Source: Candidatus Eiseniibacteriota bacterium
Lineage (GTDB): Bacteria > Eisenbacteria > RBG-16-71-46 > JABDJR01
Assembly (NCBI GenBank): GCA_963783375.1
Contig: CAWANH010000028.1
Coordinates: 1,888,001 to 1,952,000, forward strand
DNA length: 64,000 bases
Reading direction: 5' to 3'
Shown: positions 28,102 through 36,351 of the stretch, piece after piece
Layout: every line of letters begins with the position of its first letter
Position numbering within the stretch: the first letter of the stretch is position 1
The notes under the pieces: model-generated
Databases searched by the model: none
Told to the model about the DNA's origin: nothing
What the model saw: the letters and a program-made list of their open reading frames with translations, nothing else
Translations under genes and position numbers: made by a program

Positions 28102-29593
28102 GGCCATCGAGCACCATCGGCGCGGGGAACTCGGCCGCGCGGAAACGATCTACCGGAAGCTCCTGAAGGCCCGTCCCGACCACGCCGACGCCCTCCACCT
28201 GCTGGGGTGCGTGGAGCTGGCTCGGGGGAAGGGCGAGCCGGCGGTCCGGCTCATGCGGAAGGCGGTGGATCTCGCGCCGGCCACCGCCCTCTACCATCAG
28301 AACCTGGCCGAGGCCTACCATCGCACCGGATGCCCCGAGCTCGCCGAGGCGGAGTGCCGGCTGGCCCTTCGCTTTGATCCGGAACGGCCCGAGGCCCTGA
28401 ACCGGCTGGGAGTCCTGGCCATGGAGGGGGGAAACCTCGAGGCGGCCCGGGACCGTCTCTCCGCCGCGCTCGCCGCCCGGCCCCTCTACGTCGAGGCCCT
28501 GGTGAACCTCACCGCGGTCCTCACCCGCCTCGGGGACTTCGACCTGGCCGTCCGCTCCGCGGAGCTGGCCCTGGGGATCGAACCCGAGCACCCGCTCGCC
28601 TGGAACAACCTGGGCCTGGCCCACCGCGGCGCCGGGCGCCGGGCCGAAGCCGCCGCCGCTTTCAACCGTGCCGGCGCCCATCCCATGGCGCGCTTCAACC
28701 TGGGCCATCTCCGGCTCCTGGAGGACGATCTCGCCCAGGGACTTCCGCTCCTGGAGGCGCGGAAGGAGCTGGTCAACCCGGGACGGAACCTCAGAAAGCC
28801 CGAGTGGGACGGCCGTCCCGTTCCCCGGAAGCGTCTCCTGGTCCTTCACGAGCAGGGGATGGGGGACACCCTTCTCATGGCCCGGTTCCTCCCCGTGCTC
28901 CCGGACCGCTTCGCCGCGGTGACGGTGGTGGTGCAGGAGCCGCTCCGGAGGCTACTGGCCGGGCTCGACCCGCGTCTGAACGTGGTCTCGAGCGTGCCTG
29001 CGCGGGGCTACGACCTCTGGTGCCTCACCATGAGCCTCCCCCATCTTCTGGGGATCGACGGGATCAACCGGGTCCCCACCGAGCCGTGGCTGGCCCCGGA
29101 GGCGCCGGGCACGTCGCGGACCCGGTTCCGGGCCGGGATCAACTGGGCCGGGAACCCGTCCTTCCAGTACGACCGCATCCGCTCCACCTCCCTCGACACG
29201 GTCTCCGATCTCCTCGCGATCGAGGGAGTGGAGTGGGTGTCGCTCCACCGGGGAGCCCGCGAATCCGAGGCCGAGGCCCACGGACTTCCCCAGCCCCTGG
29301 CCGGGGCCTCGGATTTCCTGGACACCGCCGCGGTGGTCGCGGGGCTGGACCTCGTGGTATCCACCGAGACCGCCATCCCCAATCTCTCCGCCGCCATGGG
29401 CGTTCCCACGATCCTTCTCGCCGCGGTGGACGTCGACTGGCGCTGGCGGTCCTGGTACCGCGGGCTCACGATCTGCTCCCAGGAGACTGCGGGGGACTGG
29501 AGCGGCGCGGTGGCCAAGGCGCGGCGGGCGGTGGTGGAGCGGGTGGCGGCGTGGTCGCGAGGGTGGCCGGAAACCGGGGCTCAGGCCGCCTGA
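28082..29593 (+). CDS. TPR-containing GT-B glycosyltransferase
   Basis: N-terminal TPRs (ALHLLG, AWNNLG); WDG, EQGMGDTL, MSLP, WAGNP, DFLDTAA..LDLVVS, DWRW. Confidence 0.85.
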   Translation: MPNTLREAIEHHRRGELGRAETIYRKLLKARPDHADALHLLGCVELARGKGEPAVRLMRKAVDLAPATALYHQNLAEAYHRTGCPELAEAECRLALRFDPERPEALNRLGVLAMEGGNLEAARDRLSAALAARPLYVEALVNLTAVLTRLGDFDLAVRSAELALGIEPEHPLAWNNLGLAHRGAGRRAEAAAAFNRAGAHPMARFNLGHLRLLEDDLAQGLPLLEARKELVNPGRNLRKPEWDGRPVPRKRLLVLHEQGMGDTLLMARFLPVLPDRFAAVTVVVQEPLRRLLAGLDPRLNVVSSVPARGYDLWCLTMSLPHLLGIDGINRVPTEPWLAPEAPGTSRTRFRAGINWAGNPSFQYDRIRSTSLDTVSDLLAIEGVEWVSLHRGARESEAEAHGLPQPLAGASDFLDTAAVVAGLDLVVSTETAIPNLSAAMGVPTILLAAVDVDWRWRSWYRGLTICSQETAGDWSGAVAKARRAVVERVAAWSRGWPETGAQAA

Positions 29594-30146
29594 CGCGCTT
29601 CGGGCTCGTCGTCCGAAGCGGACTTGTCTTCGGTGGCCGAACCGGCGTCGGCGCCGGGGTTCCCGGGGGCGATGTCGGTGGCCAAAGCGTCGGGCGTCTC
29701 CGCGGTCTCGGGTTCCTCGTCCGATGCCGCATCTCCGGACGCGGGGCCGGCCGGAGTCTCCACCTCGGTGCGTAGCGGCCCCAGGATGGCCTCGATCTTC
29801 ACTCCCAGCGCCTCCGGTTCGATGGGCTTCAGGAGGTAGCCGCTCACTCCGGCCTCCGCCGCCCGAACCACGTCCTCACGGGCGCAGCGGGTGGTGAGAA
29901 GCAGGAGGGGGGGACCGTCCGGTCGCCTTCCCGTCGCAGTCCTCGGGCCAGGTCGAGCCCGCTTTCCCCGGGGAGATCCCAGTCGGAGAGGATCAGCTCC
30001 ACGCCCCGCCCATCCTCGCTCTCCAGGATGCGGCGAGCCTCGGTGGCGGAGTCGGTGGTGAGCACATCGTCGACCCCCGCATCCCTGAGTACCCTGACCA
30101 GGGTTCTCCGCGCCGTCGGCGAGGGATCGACGACGAGGCACTTCAT
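29581..30146 (-). pseudogene. CheY-like response regulator, frameshifted at a C7 run
   Basis: KCLVVD...LILSDWDLPGESGLDL in one frame and LLLTT...AGVSGYLLKP in another; break at G7, 29907-29913. Confidence 0.8.
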
Positions 30147-30154
30147 GACTTGGC

Positions 30155-30481
30155 TCAGTCGGAGGGTGCGAGGCCGAGACCGGCGGCGAGACGGTCCAGC
30201 ACCTCGGTTCGGACCTCAGGGAGGTCGTAGTGGCCGCTGGCGATCCGGCCCAGGATGTCGCGGGCCCGCCCGGGGTCCAGCGCGCGCGGTGCCGAGGCCT
30301 CCTCGGACGCGCCCAGGAGTTCACGGGCGGTGTCGGAGATGGTGACCTCATCCCGGCGGGCCCCGGATCCCCGGGACCGGGAGGTCCCGGCGTCCTCGGG
30401 ACGGTCGGCGGGAGTCGCTCCCGTCGTCCGCCGGGTGCCGGCGCCGGTGGTCTTTCCCGCTCCAGCCGGATCGATGTGCAT
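30155..30481 (-). CDS. flgM: Anti-sigma28 factor FlgM
   Basis: DEVTISDTAR and RIASGHY motifs; AGGAGG RBS; sigma28 promoter upstream. Confidence 0.75.
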   Translation of the reverse strand: MHIDPAGAGKTTGAGTRRTTGATPADRPEDAGTSRSRGSGARRDEVTISDTARELLGASEEASAPRALDPGRARDILGRIASGHYDLPEVRTEVLDRLAAGLGLAPSD

Positions 30482-30551
30482 GGTACTCCTCCTGACTCGA
30501 ATCGCGGGGCGGTCCCCGTCTCCCCCTGAACCGTTCGCCGCCCGATCGGAG

Positions 30552-30579
30552 TTATCGGTCGGTGGCAGCGGCGGCTTGA
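30552..30579 (-). promoter_or_regulatory. Sigma28 promoter of flgM
   Basis: Minus strand TCAAG-N15-ACCGATAA. Confidence 0.65.
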
Positions 30580-30595
30580 GCGGACTCAAGATGCC

Positions 30596-30973
30596 TCACG
30601 CTGGATTTCCCGCCAGACCCGTAGCCACGTGGCGGTTGATGTCGATCAAGGCGGTCAGCTTCTCCCGGCTCGGGGAGGCGAGGAGATCGAAGGTCCGCCG
30701 GTCCACGAAGGCGCTCAGCCTCAAGAGATCGATCCGGAGATCGACCGGGAGCGCGTGGTCCGGACGGGTCAGCTCGGTCTGGAAGAAGGTCCAGAGCTTC
30801 TGATTGAGGGACAGCGCCTCCCGGAGGCGCGGACCCCGCTCGGGATCGCTCCAGGCCTTGAGGCAGTTTTCCATGAGCCGCGCCGTCTTGTAGAGGGCGG
30901 CGGCCTCCAGGCTCCGGTTGGAATCGGTGGACTTGTTGCCTTGCTCGTAGGCGGCCAGCGGATCATGCAACAT
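30596..30973 (-). CDS. flaF: Flagellin regulator/chaperone FlaF
   Basis: RSLEAAAL, EALSLNQKLWT, LPVDLR, LIDINRHVATGL. Confidence 0.88.
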   Translation of the reverse strand: MLHDPLAAYEQGNKSTDSNRSLEAAALYKTARLMENCLKAWSDPERGPRLREALSLNQKLWTFFQTELTRPDHALPVDLRIDLLRLSAFVDRRTFDLLASPSREKLTALIDINRHVATGLAGNPA

Positions 30974-31352
30974 GGTCGGTCAGCTCTTTCTCGTGTTGGA
31001 TGAGGCGTTTCGCGCTCTTCAGGGCCTGGTAGAGCCGGCCGGAGTCGGCCAGCCCGGAGATTTCATCGAGCTCGGGAGCCAGGAGCGGCACGGCCTGGCG
31101 AAGGTGGTCGACGAGGACCCGAAACGTGTCCCGATGCTCTTTGGTTCCTTCCGGATCGACGTAGGCGAGCTGGAGCGCCAAGTACACCCATTCGCACGCG
31201 GTGTGGACGGTCCGAGGACTCAGGATGTCCACTTCCCGAAGCACCGGCACCTCGTTCTCGATCAGGATCTCGGAGCGGGCGTCACCATTTCGGATCACCG
31301 CTCCGCCGAGGATCAAGCGTTCGCCGGGTTTCAGGCTCATTCGAAGGGGCAT
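30963..31352 (-). CDS. flbT: Flagellin post-transcriptional regulator FlbT
   Basis: LRMSLKPGERLILGGAVIRNGD, VLRE.DIL, YLALQLAY, YQALK. Confidence 0.9.
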   Translation of the reverse strand: MPLRMSLKPGERLILGGAVIRNGDARSEILIENEVPVLREVDILSPRTVHTACEWVYLALQLAYVDPEGTKEHRDTFRVLVDHLRQAVPLLAPELDEISGLADSGRLYQALKSAKRLIQHEKELTDHVA

Positions 31353-31426
31353 CTTGGCGCTCCTAACTCTCGGTCATTGGGACGTTTGCGGACCCGGCCG
31401 GCGGCGGCCGGGGTTGGCCGGAGGGT

Positions 31427-31455
31427 GGGACCGGCGGTTCGGAACCGCCGGTCCC
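31427..31455. repeat. Perfect 14-bp inverted repeat between flagellin and flbT
   Basis: gggaccggcggttc-g-gaaccgccggtccc; no U-tract, so possibly a stability or partial-termination stem. Confidence 0.7.
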
Positions 31456-31543
31456 CGTCCGGTCGCGGCCTTGCGACTCAGGCGCCGGGAGTGTCCCCGA
31501 CCCTCCGTATCTGCGCGGAGAGCCGGTGGACGCTTCCCCGGAG

Positions 31544-32356
31544 CTAAAAGAGACGCAGGACGCTCTGCTGGGCCTGGTTCGAGAGGCTCAGGGCCACGAT
31601 TCCCAGCTGCTGCCTGGTCTGCAGGGCCAACATGTTGGCTCCCTCTTCGTTCGGATCGGCGAGGGTCAGGTTGTCCGCGCCGGTGGTGAGGGAGTTGATC
31701 ATGTTCTTGGTGAACTCCTGACGGGTGTTCACCACGCCGAGGCCCGAGGACAGGGTCTGGGACTTGGACCGGAGCGTGGTCAGAGCCGCGTCCAGGTCGG
31801 TCTCCGCCGCGGTGATATCGGTGTCGCCGGCGAAGCTGTTCGCCGCGGCATCGATGCTCAGCCCGGTGGTGCTGCCGTCGAACCCGGAGATCGTGATGTT
31901 GCTCGATCCGTCCTCGTTGAAGTTCACGACGAGGTCGCTGGAGTCCAGGAGGTTCGTCCCGTTGTACGAGGCGTCGCTCGCGAGCTGGTCGATCTGGGTC
32001 CGGATCGCGTCGAACTGGGTGGCCAGGTTGGCTCGCTCCGTCGCGTCCGCACTGCGGGCCGAGGAGATGAGACCCTTGGCCTGGTTCACCAGGGCGATGA
32101 TGCCCTTCACGCCTTCGTCCGCCGTCTTCACGGTCTGGATGGCGTCGCCCATCGCGGTCTTGCGCGCCGACAGGTCGGAGGCCCGGCCGGTCAGGTTCTG
32201 GGCGGTGAAGAATGCCTGCGGGTCGTCGATCGGGTTGTTGACCTTGCGACCGGTGGAGAGACGGACGTTGGTCCGGCTCATGAGGTCGGTCACCGACTGC
32301 AGGTTCACCAGGTTCGAGCGAATCGCTGACGACAGGGTGATGTCGTTGAGAGCCAT
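31544..32356 (-). CDS. fliC: Flagellin (short, alphaproteobacterial-like type)
   Basis: ITLSSAIRSNLVNLQ..RLSTGRKVN, DASYNGTNLL, LTLADPNEEGANMLALQTRQQL, QSVLRLF. Confidence 0.95.
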   Translation of the reverse strand: MALNDITLSSAIRSNLVNLQSVTDLMSRTNVRLSTGRKVNNPIDDPQAFFTAQNLTGRASDLSARKTAMGDAIQTVKTADEGVKGIIALVNQAKGLISSARSADATERANLATQFDAIRTQIDQLASDASYNGTNLLDSSDLVVNFNEDGSSNITISGFDGSTTGLSIDAAANSFAGDTDITAAETDLDAALTTLRSKSQTLSSGLGVVNTRQEFTKNMINSLTTGADNLTLADPNEEGANMLALQTRQQLGIVALSLSNQAQQSVLRLF

Positions 32357-32434
32357 GTGGGAAGTCCCCCTTTCTAGGGATGGATGCCTTCCCCGGCCTT
32401 CTGCCGGGGCCCCGCCATTCGGCAGGCGCTCCAA

Positions 32435-32461
32435 GTCTCGGAGGGGGGTCCGGGAACTTGA
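32435..32461 (-). promoter_or_regulatory. Possible sigma28 promoter of flagellin
   Basis: Minus strand TCAAG-N14-TCCGAGAC (degenerate -10). Confidence 0.45.
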
Positions 32462-32570
32462 GACCCCCGGCTCTCCGGTGCTTCGGGGTTGAATGGGAAT
32501 GGAGCGTGGCAGGATCGGGCTTCCCGGCTTCTTTCTAAGTCATTGTGTTGTAATGAATTACAATTTGCAC

Positions 32571-32597
32571 TAAAGGAACGGAAGGAATTTCCGATAA
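32571..32597 (+). promoter_or_regulatory. Sigma28 promoter of flgL
   Basis: TAAA-N15-TCCGATAA. Confidence 0.75.
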
Positions 32598-32668
32598 CCG
32601 CTCCGCAGGTTGAATTCAGCCACGGCAACTCTTGCCGGGGGGCTCGGTTCAGCCAGGGGGGGCACAGT

Positions 32669-33532
32669 ATGCGGATCACTGATCAGACCCTGTTTCGAAA
32701 TGCGCTGGCCGGACTGACCGGAAACCTGGCCGCGCTCCGCCGGGCCGGCGACCAGGCGACCAGCGGGACCCGGCTCCAGCGACTTTCCGACGGACCGGAC
32801 GAGGCCCGGACGGTCATGGGGCTTCGTTCCCGGCTCCGGAGCCTGGATCGCTACCGGGGAGCGGCGGCAGGGGCCGACGTCCGGCTCTCGGCCGAGGACG
32901 CGGTGCTCGACTCCGTCGACCGGCTCCTGGGGCAGGCGAAGGATCTGGCCGCGACCGCGGCCAACGTCCCTGACGATGCCGTTCGCGCCACCGCGCTCCA
33001 GGAGATCCGCTTCATCCGCGACCAGGTCGTCTCCCTGGGGAACACCCAGGTCTCCGGCACCTACATCTTCTCCGGCGGAGCGGGGCAGGCCCCCGCCTTC
33101 AACCCGGACGGGTCCTACGCGGGGGATTCGAACGCCCCGGTTATGGATCTCTGGGGCGGATCCCAGGTGACGGTGAACCACACCGGGGATCAGGCCCTCT
33201 CCGGCGCGCTCGACGCCCTGGACGGTCTGGAGCGGAGCGCGGAGGCCGGGGACTCCGAGGGCCTCCAGACCTCCCTCAAGAGCCTGGACCACGCGGTCCG
33301 GGGCCTTCGCGCGGTTCGCGCCCAGACCGGGAGCCGCATGCGGTCGCTCGAGGAGTCCCTCCAGGCCATCAATACCCGGGACTCCGTCCTCAAGGACCAG
33401 GAGCAGGAGCTGGCGGGGGCCGACCCCACCGAGTCCCTGCTCAAGATGTCCGAGGCCAAGACCGCCCTGGACCGCGCCTACGAAGCCGTGTCCAAGGTCC
33501 TGAACACCAACCTTCTCCAGTTCCTGCGATGA
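32669..33532 (+). CDS. flgL: Hook-filament junction protein FlgL
   Basis: MRIT start, [34 protein letters not shown]-terminus. Confidence 0.88.
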   Translation: MRITDQTLFRNALAGLTGNLAALRRAGDQATSGTRLQRLSDGPDEARTVMGLRSRLRSLDRYRGAAAGADVRLSAEDAVLDSVDRLLGQAKDLAATAANVPDDAVRATALQEIRFIRDQVVSLGNTQVSGTYIFSGGAGQAPAFNPDGSYAGDSNAPVMDLWGGSQVTVNHTGDQALSGALDALDGLERSAEAGDSEGLQTSLKSLDHAVRGLRAVRAQTGSRMRSLEESLQAINTRDSVLKDQEQELAGADPTESLLKMSEAKTALDRAYEAVSKVLNTNLLQFLR

Positions 33533-34935
33533 CGGCCCGTGAACCGGTGGAATCCGGACCCGATGCCGCGCCCCCAAGGACAAACCGGAATTGCGATAGG
33601 GAGAGCCGTTTGATGCCCAGCATGCCTCGTCCCGACGGAGAGCTGAACGAATCCCGGCGGCCGGAAGTCACTCCCGGCCGGGCCGGACGGCACACGACCG
33701 GCCCGCTCGACGGAGCGATGAGAGCCGCCCTCGCCGTCTGCGACGGCGAGCCCTCGCAGGTTCCGGACGGGAATGCCGGGTTGGCCTACATCGTCGGTCG
33801 ATCGGATGGGCTCCGCCGCGTGGTCGACACGATCCGAAAGGTGGCCCCCACCGACGCCACCGTCCTGGTCCTGGGAGAGTCGGGAACCGGGAAGGAGCTG
33901 GTGGTACGGGCCATCCATGAGCTGAGCCCGCGGGCGGACGGGCCATTCGTGGCCATCAACTGCGCCGCGCTGCCCGAAAACCTCATCGAGAGCACCCTGT
34001 TCGGACACGAGCGGGGTGCGTTCACCGGGGCTCATTCCCGGTTCATCGGGGCATTCGAGCGCGCCCACGGCGGAACCCTGTTCCTGGACGAGATATCCGA
34101 GCTCCGCCTTGACCTTCAGGCCAAGCTCCTCCGGGCGATCCAGGAGAGGCAGTTCGAGCGGGTCGGAGGGGACCGCCCGGTCAGCATAGACGTCAGGGTG
34201 GTGGCGACCTCCAACCGCGATCTCGCCACGGAAGTGCGGGAGGGTCGTTTCCGCAAGGACCTCTACTACCGCCTCGGCGTGGTGCCGATCCAGCTTCCGC
34301 CGCTCCGGCAACGGCCCGAAGACATCCCCGCCCTGGTCAGCCATTTCGCCGATCGCTACGCGCGGGGCCTCGGAATCGCGGTGCCGGAGATCCCCGCCGG
34401 CGCCCTCAGCGCCCTCGTGGGCGCGCCCTGGCCCGGCAACGTCCGGGAACTCGAGCACGCGGTGGAACGGGCGCTCATTCTCTGCCCCGGCGGTCCCCTG
34501 GACCCCGAGGCCTTCTTCCTGGAGTCGATTCTGGAACCGGTCCGGGAGATCGAGGTGGGGACGGCAGGAGACGCCGACCCCCGGACCGACCCGCGCCCTG
34601 AACGCGAGGTCCCCGGTCCGGAGCTTCCGAGCCTCTGCCTCAAGGATCTGGAACAGCTCGCCATCGACGCCGCTCTTCGAACCACCGGCGGGAACCGCAC
34701 CCAGGCGGCCGGGCTCTTGGGCATCAGCGACCGCACCCTGAGGAACAAGCTCCGGGAGCGCCGCGAAGCGGCGGCGTCTTCGGACGCGGAGCGGATGGAC
34801 TTGCCGCCGGACGCGGAAGCTTCTTCCGCCGGCCCGGCCGCAGATTCCCGGCCGAGAAGCAAGACCGCGGTCATGCGGGTGTTCGCCCTCGCCGACGGAT
34901 CCGAGAACCTCTTTCCCCGCAACGCCTTCGCCTGA
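33529..34935 (+). CDS. Sigma54-dependent transcriptional activator (FlbD/FleQ/FlrA-like), no receiver domain
   Basis: [53 protein letters not shown], Fis-type HTH; start uncertain. Confidence 0.92.
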   Translation: MTAREPVESGPDAAPPRTNRNCDRESRLMPSMPRPDGELNESRRPEVTPGRAGRHTTGPLDGAMRAALAVCDGEPSQVPDGNAGLAYIVGRSDGLRRVVDTIRKVAPTDATVLVLGESGTGKELVVRAIHELSPRADGPFVAINCAALPENLIESTLFGHERGAFTGAHSRFIGAFERAHGGTLFLDEISELRLDLQAKLLRAIQERQFERVGGDRPVSIDVRVVATSNRDLATEVREGRFRKDLYYRLGVVPIQLPPLRQRPEDIPALVSHFADRYARGLGIAVPEIPAGALSALVGAPWPGNVRELEHAVERALILCPGGPLDPEAFFLESILEPVREIEVGTAGDADPRTDPRPEREVPGPELPSLCLKDLEQLAIDAALRTTGGNRTQAAGLLGISDRTLRNKLRERREAAASSDAERMDLPPDAEASSAGPAADSRPRSKTAVMRVFALADGSENLFPRNAFA

Positions 34936-34967
34936 TTCCTCCCCGCGCCCGCGTTCCACCCGGTTTT

Positions 34968-34983
34968 GGGCACACCGCTTGCT
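34968..34983 (+). promoter_or_regulatory. Sigma54 promoter of the flgB operon
   Basis: GGGCACACCGCTTGCT (GG-N10-GC). Confidence 0.8.
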
Positions 34984-35044
34984 TGAAGCCCAGTGGAACG
35001 AACCTGCGCCGTTCGTCACGAACGGAAGCGAAGGGGGAGAAACC

Positions 35045-35329
35045 ATGATCCGAGCGCTCTTCGGTTCATCCACGACACCGTACATCCTGCGCCGGGGCCT
35101 CGACGCCGCCATGGGCACCCATCGGGCCATCGCCCGCCGGGTGGCCGGGGAGGTTTCGGCCAGCGATCAGGCGACCGCGAACAACCCTGCGGGAGCCCCG
35201 GCCGATCCGTCGAACCTCGGCGACGACATGGCCGCGCTGGCCGACGTGCAGATGCGCTACGAGGCCGAGGCCCAGCTCCTCCACCTCGCCTATCAGAACC
35301 TCCGCATCTCGATCCGGACCAATGGCTGA
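35045..35329 (+). CDS. flgB: Flagellar rod protein FlgB (short, divergent)
   Basis: Position before flgC; LRRGLD, MAALADVQMRYEA C-terminus; ANIAN motif degenerate. Confidence 0.65.
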   Translation: MIRALFGSSTTPYILRRGLDAAMGTHRAIARRVAGEVSASDQATANNPAGAPADPSNLGDDMAALADVQMRYEAEAQLLHLAYQNLRISIRTNG

Positions 35330-35747
35330 TCCGGTGAACCCGGCGGCGGGGACCAAGGCGACGGAGCGGCTCATGCCGTCCCTGGCGGTGAGCGCCCGGG
35401 GCATGACCGTCCAGCAGAGCTTTCTCGAGATCATCGCCCGGAACATCGCCAACGCCGAGACCACCCGGCTTCCCGGCGGCGGGCCCTATCGCCGGCAGGT
35501 CGCCTCGGCGACCGGGAACCCGGCCACCGGCGCTCCCTCGCTCACGGTAGCCGAGGACTCCACTCCGGGACGCCTGGTCTACGACCCCGGTCATCCCGAC
35601 GCCAACGCGGAGGGGTTCGTGGAGTATCCCAACGTGGACACCCAGACCGAGCTCGTGGACCTCATGCTGGTCCGCCGGATGTACGAGGCCAACGCCACCG
35701 TGTTCCAGGCCGCCAAACGCATGCTCAAGCGGGCCATGGAGATCTGA
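35322..35747 (+). CDS. flgC: Flagellar rod protein FlgC
   Basis: ARNIANAETT, PYRRQ, YDPGHPDA..G.VEYPNV, RMYEAN. Confidence 0.95.
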   Translation: MADPVNPAAGTKATERLMPSLAVSARGMTVQQSFLEIIARNIANAETTRLPGGGPYRRQVASATGNPATGAPSLTVAEDSTPGRLVYDPGHPDANAEGFVEYPNVDTQTELVDLMLVRRMYEANATVFQAAKRMLKRAMEI

Positions 35748-35748
35748 G

Positions 35749-36030
35749 GTGGAGATGAACCCCGCCTCGCCGCTTCCCTCCCGGCCGCCGCTCGCCCGCG
35801 GCGTCGAGCCGGCCCCGGCCTCCGGGGGCCGCGCCCCGGTCCGGCCGGTGGAGGAGCCGCCCGAGGCCCCGGCGACGGGGAACGCCGGCTTCCTGGACCT
35901 TCTCACTCCCGAGGAGCGGGAGTTCTTCGAACGACAGAGCGCGGTGGGTCCGCTGACCTACCGCCCGGATGGGAAGCCGGCCGAGCTTCCCCCCGTCCGC
36001 ACCGGTCAGCGCATCGACTTCAGGGGGTAG
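35749..36030 (+). CDS. Hypothetical protein within the flagellar operon
   Basis: Fills the flgC-fliE gap exactly; LLTPEEREFF and C-terminal GQRIDFRG. Confidence 0.6.
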   Translation: MEMNPASPLPSRPPLARGVEPAPASGGRAPVRPVEEPPEAPATGNAGFLDLLTPEEREFFERQSAVGPLTYRPDGKPAELPPVRTGQRIDFRG

Positions 36031-36033
36031 ACG

Positions 36034-36336
36034 ATGGCCAATCCGATCCAGGGCGTCGTGGCCAAGCCGGTGTTCCGGCTCACGAACCCGGAGATCCCCA
36101 ATCCCACGGCCAAGGACGGCCCCTCGTTCGGCGACCTGTTCAAGCAGGCGATGAACGAAGCCTCCGGACTCCAGGAGGAGTCCCAGCAGATGATCGCCGC
36201 CTTCGTCAAGGGGGAGCCGGTGGAGCTTCACCAGGTGATGGCCGCGGCCCAGGAGGCGTCGCTCTCCGTCGAACTCCTGGTGGAGATCCGAAACAAGCTC
36301 ACCGAGGCCTACCGCTCGGTCATGAACATGCAGTAA
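36034..36336 (+). CDS. fliE: Hook-basal body protein FliE
   Basis: SFGDLFKQA, LHQVM, IRNKLTEAYRSVMNMQ. Confidence 0.95.
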   Translation: MANPIQGVVAKPVFRLTNPEIPNPTAKDGPSFGDLFKQAMNEASGLQEESQQMIAAFVKGEPVELHQVMAAAQEASLSVELLVEIRNKLTEAYRSVMNMQ

Positions 36337-36351
36337 ACACGGGGGAGAATC

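Noticed and set aside
32400-32570. Sigma54 promoter for flagellin
   Set aside because: No convincing correctly spaced GG-N10-GC element found on the minus strand; only a weak sigma28-like match.
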